Below the pieces are notes generated by a model. It was not told the DNA's origin and did not search any database. It saw only the letters and a list, made by a program, of their open reading frames with translations. From positions 62,001 through 126,000 of the forward strand of contig MU004248.1 of assembly GCA_010405405.1 (NCBI GenBank): a stretch of 64,000 bases of DNA, read 5' to 3'. Position 1 is the stretch's first letter; the number at the start of each line of letters is the position of its first letter. Of this stretch, positions 15,201 through 26,712 are shown piece by piece. A program made the position numbers and the translations under genes. Source of the DNA: Microthyrium microscopicum (Eukaryota).

Positions 15201-18200
15201 GTAATAACTATTAAAATTATATATCTATTTAATAGAGGAAAGTTTATTATAAAATCCATAGATAGTTCTTACTATTATTAGCTTAGGATAGGTAAAGGCT
15301 TTAGGAAGCCTCTTTTCTACTTATAACTAACCTTTAATTAGCTATATATACTATAATTTCTTATAAAACGCCTTATATTAGCTATAATTCTAAGCTAGAA
15401 GAAGTATAACTATAGAGCTTAGTAAATGCCTTTATAGCTAGGATAGCCTTAAGTTAAAGACGTATAAGCTACTTATAGTATTATTATTTATAGAGGTTTT
15501 AGATTTAGGATCTATAGTTATTCTCTCTAGTAAAGGTAATCCTTACTATTAATTAAGTAGTTAAGAATAGAAATTTTAATACTTATAATTAATAAAGAAA
15601 ACTTTTATCTACTAGCTTTAATTATCTAATAGGCTACTTAATAAGTATTATTAGCCTATACTACCTTATTCTACTAGGTTACTAATAGTTTAAAGATATT
15701 TAGTATTAGTAGTAGTAAGCTAGAGATTAGAGCTTTATTAGCTAGTAGAGTTTTTATTAATTTGTCTTTAACTACTATAGAAAGAGTAATAATATAGATG
15801 AGTAAGGCTTATAGTAGTTTAAGTAATTAATCCTCTTAGGTATAAAGTAGTTAGAAAGTTTTAGCCTAGATCCTCTTATTAACTATATCCTAGAGTATAT
15901 CTTATTTATAATAAGAGAAACTATTTACTACGCTATTTTATAAGCCTAGTTAGTACTTAATTATTATATTATATTTTATAAGTTTAATAGACTATTAGAC
16001 GTGCCTTTCTATAAGCTTCTATAGTTTTATAAAATACTCTAAGTTCTTATAATTAAATATTACTTTAAACTTCTCTACTACTTATAGCTCTAAGTCCTAT
16101 TCTTTTAGAGTAAGTATAATTATAAGTATTTCTTTATTATAAATTAGGTAGTTACTTTAAGCAAAGTTATACTTTTTAGAGAAATAGGCTACTAGTTAAA
16201 ATTTGCCTATTTTATTCTTTTATACTAGTATAGCTCCTAAAGAATAACTAGAAAAGTTAGTATAGATAAGAGTCTCTTTATTATAGTTAAATAGGGCTAG
16301 TATTTAGTTAGTAGTAAAGAGCTATTTTAGCTCCTTAAATATAGCTCTCTTTAGGTCTTTAAATAAGAAGGGAACATCCTTCTAGATAAGTTAAATAAGA
16401 AGTTCTATAATTATTTAAAAGTTTAGTATAAACCTATAATAGAAGTTAGTAAAGCTAAGGAAAGCTTAAACTCTACGAACGTTCTTAGGAGCCTTTTATT
16501 CTTAGATTACTTTAACTTTAGCTAAGTCTATTAAGATTCCTTATTTAGCCTTAATAATATAGCCTAAGTATATTATCTAAGTAGTTATAAATTTATACTT
16601 CTAAATATTAAAGTAGAGTCTTACTTTTTATAGCTACTTAAGGACTTTACGAACGTAAGCTTTATATTACTTCTTAGTACCTAAGCTAAAGATTAAGACG
16701 TTATCTAAGTATATAAAAATATAGTTATCTAAGATATCCTAAAGAGTAAAGTTAATAAACCTCTAAAAGATACTTAGAGTATTTAATAACCTAAATAGTA
16801 TTACTATCTATTTAAATAAGCTATATTATATCTAAAAGGCTATCTTTTACTTATTACCCTTATATATTTAAATCTTATAAAATACTTAAGATATATCTAG
16901 CTTAGTAAACTATTATACTTTTTCTAAAGTATTTAGTATTTTATAGATAAGTAGTAAAGAGTAATAGTCTTTTATAGTTAACTTATTTAACGCATAATAG
17001 TTATAATAAAACTAAATTAATTTATCTACTTTATAAATAAAGAGAACTAATACTCTAGTAGGCAAGTTACTTACTTAAATAAATCTACTTTCTAGTAGAT
17101 TATTAAGGATTCTTTTAAGGGCTAGTAGTTTATCCTAATTTATAAGGTATAATACTTACTAAGGTAACTAAGGTTCCTTTCTATTAGCGTCTAAGATTAG
17201 GTTAATCTTATAGTCTATAAAAGGGCCTTAAATAGATAGCTATTTATTAGCTAGCTCTCTTTAAAAGAGGTTAAAATAATCTAAATACTATTTAGGAAGC
17301 TTCTTATAAGGGTTAATATGCTTCTTTAGAGTAAAGGCTTTTTATAAGTCATAAAGACTTATAGCAAAGACTTATATAATTAATATTAAGCCTTCTTAAG
17401 ACTATCTTACCTACTTTCTAGCTTGTTAGGTAAGTATTCTAAATGCTATAGCCTTAATCGCTACGTAGTTATACTTCTTCTAAGGAGTCTTTAGACTTAT
17501 AACTATATAACCTATTTTATTAAAAACTAGCTTCTTAGGTTTTATATAGAGAATAATATCCTATTTCTTTATCTAAGGTAGGCTAAGGATTATATTATAG
17601 CTTAAGGTCTCTTTTACTATAAAAGCTTAAATAGTTTCTTTATAGCCTTTAATATTAATCTTTATAATTACTATTTTATAGATTTCTCTAGCCTTACCAT
17701 TTATTTCTTTAATAGGAATTACCTAAGGTAGTAATATACGTTTAAGTTTATATCTTTAGGTAAAGTAGAGACTTATAAGGGAATAGGTTAAGTAGCTACT
17801 ATTAATAAAGCTTATATATAAAGAAAGTTAATTTATTATTAAAGGTATTAAAAAGGACTCTATAACTATATCCTAAGCAAAGAACTTCTAACGTTATCTT
17901 AAAATAATATTTTTATAATTTTCTAGCTTAGTATTATGTCTTTAATCTAAGCTTGCTAGTTTTTTAATTCTACGTTAGTAATATTATATAGATTATTATA
18001 AGGGTTATTATTTCTTAGCTAAGTAGTAGTAGCTCTTACTAGCTAGCTACTCTAGAGGACGTCTAAAGCGTTAGTAGTACTAGCTTAGAATCTACTAGTA
18101 TTATCCTATAGGCGTTTGCCTCTAGTAGTACCTCCTCTACCTTATTCTTATCTATAGCTAGCTTAGCTATAAAAGGAATTCTAACTTCTAGATAATACTT

Positions 18201-19858
18201 AAGGCGCTTATTTATAATCCTAAATCCTATAATTAGCTAAGCTATAGCAAAAATAAAGGTTATTTTGCTTATAGTAGTTACGCTAGGCTTAGCTAGCTCT
18301 AACCTAAACGCTTTTTATTACGTCTAGGTTCTAATTCCTAGATAGTTAACTCTACTAAGTACTTATTTTAGTGCTTAGGCTTCTTAAGCTATAATAGCTT
18401 ATATAGGCTTAAACTATTTAATCCTAGGTCTCTAAAGCTTCTTAGGTAAAAGCATCTAAATTATTAAGCTAGGAGTAAGTAATTAGAGCTATCTTAAGAC
18501 TAGAATCTATAGCGTTTTTTAAGAACTATATCTAGATAGAGGTAGCCTAAAATTATATTTTAGTATAGACAAGATACTACTAAAACTTAGCCTAAAAGAT
18601 TCTCTATTCTCTACCTCCTTATTAGATCCCTTAGAGGTTTGCTAAAGCTCTTATTTCTTTATATAGGTTACGAAAGAGAAAGTCTATTTATTCTATAAAC
18701 TTACTAAAACTTATAATATTATAGCTAGTAGGATTCTAGATCTAGGGAAGGACTTATTAGGTAGCGTCTTCTATAAGCTAGCTAAATACATAGTAGATTT
18801 AGGCATAGTTATTTATATAAATTTATTTATTAATATATAATTTTGCTTTAATTATTTAGCAAAAACTAGGATAAAAGGTTAGGTCCTTATATAAATATTA
18901 TTCTAGGTTTAGGAGAGCTAATTAGAGATTTTATAGTAGTAGTTAAAGTAGCTTATATTAGGTAGCTAAAGAATTTATTAGAGAAGGTAGAGGAGGGGCT
19001 ACTAATCTAGCTATTATAATTAGAGTTTAAGGAGAATTAGCTTATAGAATTAGAGAAGGGTAGTAGCTATAGTTAAAGGTTTCTCTAGTAAAGAGTATAG
19101 CTAGTATTAAAGAAAGAGTTATGCTAGGCATTATAAATTTCCTTTAGAGTTATTCTTATTCCTACTACTACTACTAGGTTAGTATCTTATAAGTAATATT
19201 ATTTACTTATTATATAAGGATTTTACTATTAGTATAGATATTAGTAAGCTATTTATTCTAGCTATTAACTTAGGCCTAAAGTTTAGTATAAACTACTATA
19301 ATCTATTATATATTCTCGTTTAATTATATATAAATTTTGCTAATTAACCTATTTAGTTATTATAAGGCTTATCTATAACTAGTAGTAGTTATATATAATT
19401 ATAAGATAGATAAATTAAGCATATTATTAAGCAATAAAATGCTATTTATTACTTATTATAAGCTATTATTAGTTACCTCCTAGGATATGTCTAAGTAGTT
19501 CTATAGCTCTATCTATTATTAGTTAATATACGTAAAGTGCGCTTCTACGTTCTTATAAGTAAAGCCCTTAGAGAACGTTTCTTTATCCTATCTAGTAGTT
19601 ATTAGGCAAAAGGAATCTTAGTCTATTATTCTAGCTATTTATTAATAGATAAAGAGGAAGTAGGTAAAAAGAGGGGTTAGTTTTAAAGTTACCTAATATT
19701 ATAGGTTAGATAACGAAGAGACAAGTTATATTATAAGCCTACTAAATAGAAAGGTAACTTAGAGAGAAAGAAGAGTTAAGAGACTCTTTAATTAAGGTAT
19801 TTATATATAATAGGGGTAGCCTAAACGGGCATAGCTTTAGGGGGTTCAACTCCTAACA
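12276..19858 (-). mobile_element. Full-length RIP-degraded Ty3/Gypsy LTR retrotransposon nested in the TIR element
   Basis: 162-bp LTRs at 12276-12437 and 19697-19858; outer ends TG..CA; 5-bp TSD GCTAA (12271-12275, 19859-19863); minus-strand polypurine tract next to 12438; RT remnants near 16690-16860 de-RIP to GDEWKTAF..YGLFEW.VMPFGL.NAP..FQ and YLDDVLIFS. Confidence 0.93.
12943..13000. repeat. (TAAT)n microsatellite forming a perfect palindrome with CTTACC/GGTAAG flanks
   Basis: CTTACC-TAATTAATTAATT...AATTA-GGTAAG read directly. Confidence 0.85.
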
Positions 19859-19863
19859 GCTAA

Positions 19864-20757
19864 ATTATTCTATAGTAGCTACTTAAGCTATTTAAATCTA
19901 TAATATTTAATATATAATATTAAGATCTAGAAATTACTAGATCTTAATATTATAATTACATGCCATTACGTACTCTATTACGTAATAATTACGTACTAGA
20001 TTACGTTATCTAACTCCTTATATATTCTTAAAGAACTAGATTATTTTATAATAGCTAAAAATAACGCATTTTTAGATAGTAGCTATTTTAGCTACTAATA
20101 GCTAATATTAGCTACTAGTAACTAATATTATAGCTACTATTAGCCTAAAATCCCCTTTTTAAAAAGGCTAAAAATATAATTTCCTAAAGCCCTTATAGCT
20201 TAAGAATTAGCTATAACGAAATACTAAAATGTGCCCCTACTACTATACATTCTACTATAAAGTAGCTTAGAACTTAAGAGCCTTAAGTCTATAAAGCTAG
20301 ACTAATCTAGGACTAGCTTTAAATCTAGCCCTTTATATCTAAAGAGCTAGATTATCCTATAGTAGCTACTTAAGCTATTTAAATCTATAGTATTTAATAC
20401 GTAATATTAAGATCTAGGAATTACTAGATCTTAATATTATAATTATATACTATATTACGTAATAGTTATATACTAGATTATATTATCTAACTCTTTATAT
20501 TTTTAAAGAGCTAGATTATTTTATAATAGCTAAAAATAATATATTTTTAGATAGTAGCTATTTTAACTACTAATAGCTAATATTAGCTATTAGTAGCTAA
20601 TATTATAACTAACTTTAGTAGGCGCCCCTAATCCTCTTTATTAAATAGCTAAAAATACTATTTTTTGAAGCCCTTTTGGCTTAGGGATTAGCTACAGCAA
20701 AACACTAAAATGTGCCCCTACTACTACATATTCTACTACGAACTAGCTTAGGATTTA
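19864..20757. repeat. ~480-bp tandem repeat (~2.2 copies); the first copy starts near 12092 and is split by the Gypsy insertion
   Basis: The block ..TAGCTTAGGAATTAGCTATAA..CCTACTACTA.. recurs near 12120, 20197 and 20678; the sequence continues across the GCTAA TSD. Confidence 0.85.
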
Positions 20758-20777
20758 ATACGCCTTATCTCCGTGTG

Positions 20778-21035
20778 TGTTGTCCCCTTTGATTAGTACC
20801 TGTTTGTCCCCTTTGTTAATATTGTCCCCTTCGTTGGTATTGTCCCCTTCGTTGGTGTTGTCCCCTTCGCTCGCAGTACTATAGCTATTTAAGTGCTTAA
20901 TAGGCTTAATATAAACGCTAAGACAAAGGGGACAATTCATAGTAAGCTAGAGCCCCTAAAATTAGCAACCCTATAGTATACTATACCCCCTAAAATTAGT
21001 TAGCGCTATGTAGGGTCCCCTAAAATTAGTAAGTA
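20778..21035. repeat. Subterminal repeats of the TIR element: TTGTCCCCTT units (5 direct, 1 inverted) and CCCTAAAATTAG x3
   Basis: Direct copies at 20780-20870, inverted AAGGGGACAA near 20926; CCCTAAAATTAG near 20953, 20988 and 21018. Confidence 0.85.
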
Positions 21036-21376
21036 GTAAGCACCAATTTTGGCGTCCCAAATAGGCTTAATTAATGTTGCATCTGAAGAATTCTCTGCGG
21101 TATCATCCCATACATATACATCAAGATACCCGTCTATCATTCAGTCTTTAATATTATGCATTGCACTACTCTCACTGCCCGTATCCGAATGTACATGTAG
21201 TGCATTTAAACCGTTCATCGGACCATACCTAGCACACGGATCTATGACTTTCCCGCCTTCCGCGTATCACTGGACAATCGACAGCGCTCCTAGTAGGAAT
21301 ACACATTTTGACCCGTCTCTAATCGTCTGATATTAGCTTCACTGCTCGGCAAGCTCCCTTCCGGTTCTCCAGACCC

Positions 21377-22214
21377 TCAAGAATGGCATTTTGTAGCTTC
21401 CAGTGCAACCGCTGGCGGCACGTATAATCCCACGACTCCGCCAACCACACCCAGCCAGGCTATGAGATAGTCACTCCTGTTCTCTCCCATTCCAAGGCTA
21501 CTCATCGCATCCGCAGTAAGACAAGGATGTATGAAGAAGATTGGCGTTCCAAGTTCGGGATGGTACTGTCCACATATTAGAAAGTGTATGGTAAGTCATT
21601 TGTAGTTTCACAAACCGTTGGAGACAGTCCACCTACGATACCAACGTGCTGCATCATCTCACTCCTCAATCCTTTGAACAATTTCTGGATATGATCCAAG
21701 TCCATGATGACACTACCAGACGCATCTTGGACGCTGAGATGCAGCACAGGGACGTTGTACGTCGGAGAGTAAGTAATGTCGTATGTCGCGCGAATGAGGC
21801 CTTCGCCTCCAGCTGATTGAGATCGATCTATGGCTTCCTGTTTCAATCGTATCAGTACGTAGATTTGATTTTTTCGCTCAATTATACCTCATCTATTTCA
21901 ATCAGTTCTTCTATACCTCCGTCTTCTGCCTCCAGGTCTTCTCTTGCTTGCGGTACCGTTGCTAAATTATGCCATTGGAAGGGAGACGCGGAAGGCAGAA
22001 AATTTCGAATTCGAAGAAAAGGGGACAAGTTCTGGCAACTTTATCAGCTTTGAATTTATGGTGAATATTGAAGATATACCGGAAATTGCACTAGTGATGA
22101 CTCCCAGCCCTGGAGCTCTTCAGCGGTCAATTTCGTACAGAGAGCATGAAGGCGAGTAATGATATCCAAAAACTGTTCTTCTGTAATATGAGGGAAATCG
22201 GGCAAGGCTTCCAT
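21377..22214 (-). CDS. ATG10: ATG10-like E2 conjugating enzyme (Autophagy_act_C), multi-exon
   Basis: YDITYSPTYNVPVL, HPELGTPIFFIHPCLTADAM (catalytic HPC), YLIAWLGVVGGVVGLYVP; probable start MEALPDFPHITEEQF. Confidence 0.82.
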
Positions 22215-22383
22215 CGATCGACGACTGATTTGAGTGATATTGGTAAGCGTGAAAGATGAGGTACAGGTCAGCGTAGAACAACATTTATAAAGACCGTAAA
22301 GTCACGAGGAATTTCATATCAATTGGGGTATCATTGAAATCAAAGAACTACAAAATAATTCGTTCCTATGCATCGATATTCTG

Positions 22384-23490
22384 CTAAGTCGACATTGTAC
22401 GTCTGGAACCTTTTAAACGATCTGCTAAACCAATCCCCTCCGTCTGCTGATACAATGAGCTCTTGAAATTGCCGCCCTTATTATCACGTCTGCGATTTTC
22501 GCGTTCCCTATCTTCCGCATCTCGTCTCTCCAAAGCTTCCAGTCTTCGCAACCGATCATCCTCTAAGCTTGATGCATCCGCCTGCATGGCAGCCAACTTT
22601 GCAGCCCGTTCTTCCTCTCGCGACTTGTCAGTCTCTTTCTCGTTAATCGCAAGATCCCGGCGCGGACTCGCGCGATTATCTCTACGATGGTAGTCGTTGT
22701 TCTTGCGCGGCGAGTACGATCTTCGACGTTCGGAACGTTCCGGTCGTCTTGATTTGTGTGGCTTTTCTTCGTCTCGATCCCGTCCATTCCGGTATGGAGA
22801 ACGCGACCTAGAAGCGCTCCGTTGACGATATCGTTTGTGTTCGTGATCAGAATCATCTTTTCTCCGTCGTTCTTGCCGTTCCTTAGGAGACCTCGAGCGA
22901 TCCCGATCACGGCGGCTTCGATCCTTGCTTCGATGTCGTGAGCGACTACGGTGACTTCGTCGATGCTCGCGATGTCTATGCGACCGCTTTGAATTCCGAT
23001 CATGCTTATCCCGTCGACTAGCTCGCTCCATGATCTTCGCTTCCATAGCAGCCGCCTTCTCCTGCGCCTCTAGGTGTTGCTTCTCAATCAACAGCATTGG
23101 GTCAAGTGCGACCTTGGCTGCAACATCACGTACTGGATCCGCCTGCACTCTCTCAATCTTTGTCTCTTGAAGCTGATCACTCTTCTTCAACAACTGGTCC
23201 ACACGTCGTTTTCCAAGCAGATATGATTCCTGCTCTTCACTGGTGCCTGTGGCTCCGGCGTTGGCACCTGAGTACATCCAGTCAACCCGCTTGATGCGCT
23301 TGGTACCCCCAGCATCTTCGGCCAGTTTTTCTAGTTCTTCGATTTCTCGTTCTTCCGCCCGCTCGCGTCTTATTTGTTCGATGAGTTTGCGCTCGGCCAA
23401 CGCCTTTTGTTCCTCATCATACACCTTTCTCTGGTTGCTGAGTAGGCCGGGATGCCATGACTTTTTGAGATTGAGATCACCGCCTCCCAT
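22384..23490 (-). CDS. CWC25: Pre-mRNA splicing factor CWC25
   Basis: MGGGDLNLKKSWHP, RVDWMY, EEQESYLLGKRR, DPML; RS-rich C-terminus. Confidence 0.93.
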   Translation of the reverse strand: MGGGDLNLKKSWHPGLLSNQRKVYDEEQKALAERKLIEQIRRERAEEREIEELEKLAEDAGGTKRIKRVDWMYSGANAGATGTSEEQESYLLGKRRVDQLLKKSDQLQETKIERVQADPVRDVAAKVALDPMLLIEKQHLEAQEKAAAMEAKIMERASRRDKHDRNSKRSHRHREHRRSHRSRSRHRSKDRSRRDRDRSRSPKERQERRRKDDSDHEHKRYRQRSASRSRSPYRNGRDRDEEKPHKSRRPERSERRRSYSPRKNNDYHRRDNRASPRRDLAINEKETDKSREEERAAKLAAMQADASSLEDDRLRRLEALERRDAEDRERENRRRDNKGGNFKSSLYQQTEGIGLADRLKGSRRTMST

Positions 23491-23871
23491 GCTGTAATAT
23501 AATGCTCAGGTTGTTGTGGTATGGTTCGATGTGGAGGGGGAGAGGTGGGGTGGGGAGGATGGAATTTTGCGACAGCCAGATGAAATGGTCTACGGTCGAA
23601 AATTGAACTGTGTGTAGCAGGCCAAAATGCAGGATGAAGCAAGGCAAGATGCACTGGAGGGTGGATGTTGTACGTAAGTGAAGAGTAGATACAGCGACTT
23701 AAACTGCATGAGCCCACAAGCCTCTTGCTCTTGAAATATCTTGAAGGCTGGCCACGTCACGTGCCAGGCGGCAAACTCATCAAATTTCCGACGTCTAAGC
23801 GCTTAAATATCTTGGGCAACCTTAACTCCATCTATGCGCCCCCACTCCTATACATCTCACTATCGACCAAT

Positions 23872-24984
23872 ATGCCAACAGAAGATCTCCTTGAACTCGC
23901 CAAAAGCGAGACTGATTTCTATGCACTTCTGGGCGAAGAAGAGGCAAATTTACATGCAGGCAGCACAGACAAAGAGATATCCCGTGCCTATCGTCGCGCC
24001 GCGCTAAAACACCATCCCGACAAGAACAAGGACGACCCCAACGCTGTCACCAAATTCCACGCCCTTCAAATCGCTTACGATGTCCTCTCCGATCCTGCGG
24101 CCAGAACACTGCACGACCAAGTGCGCGCGGCACGAGAAGCCAGAAAGCTACAAACCTCGAAGCTCGATGGCCGGCGCAAACAGCTAGTCGAAGACCTATT
24201 ACGTCGAGAAGGCGTGAAGCGAAAGCGCGATGACGAAGGGGATGCCATGGAACGGGAACTCAAGCGATTGGCAGAAGACGGCCGGCGGCGGCGCATGGAA
24301 CTAGATGAGAAGAGGAGACGTGAGGCGGACGAGGAAATCAGAGAAGAACAAGCACGCGCGCAAGATCGTGCGCAGGAAGCGGAGAAAGTGGCAAGTACGC
24401 CAAGAGGTGGTTCCAGTGTACCAGAAATATCACGGACGGTGAAGATACGCTGGAAACGTCATGGGCCTGGTTTAGACATGGACAAGGAGAAACTGCAGCA
24501 CCTGTTCGGTCGATTTGGTACAGTTGATAGCGCAGCCATACTCAAAGATCGAAAGATGCGTCTGGTAGAGGGAGAAAAGAAACAGCTGATAGGCACGGGC
24601 ATAGTCGTATTCAAGTCGATTGTCGGCGCTCATGCAGCAGTAGCAGACTGGAAAAAGCTGGGACCAGATTGGGAAGATATCTTTGAATCAGCCGAATGGG
24701 CGGGCAAGGAGCCAGACTTGTCCACAGCACAAGTCGATTCTCCAAGTACTCCCTCGTCGCAGAAATTCTCAAAATCGTCGCCATTCACTACACCTGCACA
24801 AGTCTCCAAACAGGAACCTGGGCTGCGGAAAGTGCCTTCGTTTGCTTCATTCCAGAGTGGAAGATCGCCTAGTAGCCCGAGTCTGGAAGAAGTCACATTA
24901 ATCCGGTTGAAAAATGCAGAAAAGAAACGATTAGAAGACAAAATCCGTCGGGAGGAAGCTTTGAGGACTAACGATACAGTCTGA
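23872..24984 (+). CDS. CWC23: J-domain splicing factor Cwc23/Cwf23 (DnaJ plus RRM-like region)
   Basis: RAYRRAALKHHPDKN J-domain, coiled coil, LFGRFGTVD RRM-like segment, C-terminal LEEVTLIRLKNAEKKRLE. Confidence 0.85.
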   Translation: MPTEDLLELAKSETDFYALLGEEEANLHAGSTDKEISRAYRRAALKHHPDKNKDDPNAVTKFHALQIAYDVLSDPAARTLHDQVRAAREARKLQTSKLDGRRKQLVEDLLRREGVKRKRDDEGDAMERELKRLAEDGRRRRMELDEKRRREADEEIREEQARAQDRAQEAEKVASTPRGGSSVPEISRTVKIRWKRHGPGLDMDKEKLQHLFGRFGTVDSAAILKDRKMRLVEGEKKQLIGTGIVVFKSIVGAHAAVADWKKLGPDWEDIFESAEWAGKEPDLSTAQVDSPSTPSSQKFSKSSPFTTPAQVSKQEPGLRKVPSFASFQSGRSPSSPSLEEVTLIRLKNAEKKRLEDKIRREEALRTNDTV

Positions 24985-25450
24985 ATAGTAAGCTAGGAAT
25001 TGTACCCTGAAAATTCGCTGCTTGCCATCAGTGTTTCTAATTATCATTTACTACGGTTTGTTACCAATTTTTTTCTTATTGAGAATGTGGAAAATCTGGT
25101 AAACAACAACTTCCGAAAAGAAGTAGAGCACATGACCTTCATGAGTAACGATGACAGATATTGTAGTTTATGGGGGTGTGCCATTCGGTTGGTCTTCCTA
25201 TCGTAATCGAAAGTCGGAAATTGAAGTAGCTAAGCGTAAACGCAAGAGATTTTTTTCCATTTGTTTACCAACGTCATCCAAATCCGATATCGGGGGAACG
25301 TGGCCAGAAAATATCTCCCATTCGCCATCTTTGCGCCATCACGTCCAGCAGTCTAGTTAATGGCACCAGACTGACCTCCATAGCTCAACCTCTTGCTATG
25401 TTGTCCTGAAGTTATCCACCTGCCACCACCTGTGCGAGAGTTCCTGCATA

Positions 25451-26707
25451 ATGAACGTGCTCCAAGCAATTCGGTACACGCCTGGTGACTCCGCCAGTCT
25501 ACAAATCCTCGATCAGCTTCAGCTGCCTCATCGCTCCGAATATGAAGATATCCCATCCGCCACCGAGGGCTGGGCTGCCATCAAAGAGATGAAAACCAGA
25601 GGAGCCCCAGCCATCGCAATCGTCGCCGCACTCTCACTCGCCGTCGAACTTGCCCATAATGATAACATCAAGTCCGCAGATGCGTCAAAGACCAAAGAAC
25701 ACATCCAGGCGCGCCTGAAATACCTCGTCACCAGCAGACCAACCGCTGTCAATTTAGAAGATGCTGCAAGGAAGCTTTCAGCGCTTGTGGAGGCTGAAGC
25801 AACCAAAGAGAATGCCACAGGTCTTTCCGTCCGCCAGACCTACATAAAAGCCTCGGAACAAATGTTGGTGGACGATGTGAAAGACAACGAGGCAATCGGT
25901 CGCAACGGGGCCGAATGGATCCTTAAACATGTTAGCAGAGCAAATAAGCGAGGAGCAAATGTGATTACGCATTGCAATACTGGGTAGGCCTTTACTCTGA
26001 AGCCAGGCTCTAATGACTGACAGTTTCTAGTTCTTTGGCCACGGCAGGTTATGGCACAGCATTAGGAGTGATTCGGGCTCTGCAAGCCTCTAACAAACTC
26101 AGTCATGCCTACTGCACGGAGACAAGACCGTACAATCAAGGATCACGGCTGACTGCTTATGAGCTTGCTCATGACAAGATCCCATCCACGCTCATAACTG
26201 ACTCAATGGCAGCTGCCTTGATGAACCTCAACCTGAACGATGAAGACAAGGCCATTGATGCTATAGTTGTAGGTGCTGACAGAGTGACTGCAAACGGTGA
26301 CACAGCAAACAAGATTGGCACGTATTCTCTAGTACGTATATTATACAGAAGCTATATATACATACGCTAACTTATATCGGGCTGTCCTCGCTAAGCGCCA
26401 TGGAGCCAAGTTCCTGGTAGCAGCGCCCAGAACCTCAATTGATCTTACAAGAGCAAGTGGAAAGGACATCACCATAGAACATCGAGCTCCAGACGAAGTG
26501 ATCCTTGTTAAAGGACCTGTTTTCGATGGTACCAACGTCCAGGACGAAGCTGTTACAGTATCTACAGCGCCTCGTGGTATTAATGTCTGGAACCCAGCAT
26601 TTGACGTGACTCCAGCAGAATTGATTGATGGTATCGTAACAGAGGCGGGTGTAGTGGAGAAAGACGAAAGTGGCAACTTTCCGCTCAGTACATTCTTCGG
26701 AAACTAA
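25451..26707 (+). CDS. MRI1: Methylthioribose-1-phosphate isomerase, 2 introns (second with atypical acceptor)
   Basis: [67 protein letters not shown]. Confidence 0.94.
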
Positions 26708-26712
26708 TACGC

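Larger units (their letters stand above)
6127..21100. mobile_element. Large RIP-degraded DNA transposon with ~35-bp TIRs and TA target-site duplication (~7.4 kb without the nested LTR element); superfamily not determined
   Basis: Left end CCGCAGAGAATTCTTTAGATACAACATTAATTA (6127) vs reverse complement of right end CCGCAGAGAATTCTTCAGATGCAACATTAATTA (21100), differing by two transitions; TA at 6125-6126 and 21101-21102; AT-rich, TpA-rich interior. Confidence 0.88.

Noticed and set aside
20755..20940. ORF with EGDNTN repeats
   Set aside because: Translation artefact of the subterminal TGTCCCC repeats
6127..21100. Starship element
   Set aside because: It has TIRs and a TA TSD, with no recognisable tyrosine-recombinase captain or intact cargo genes
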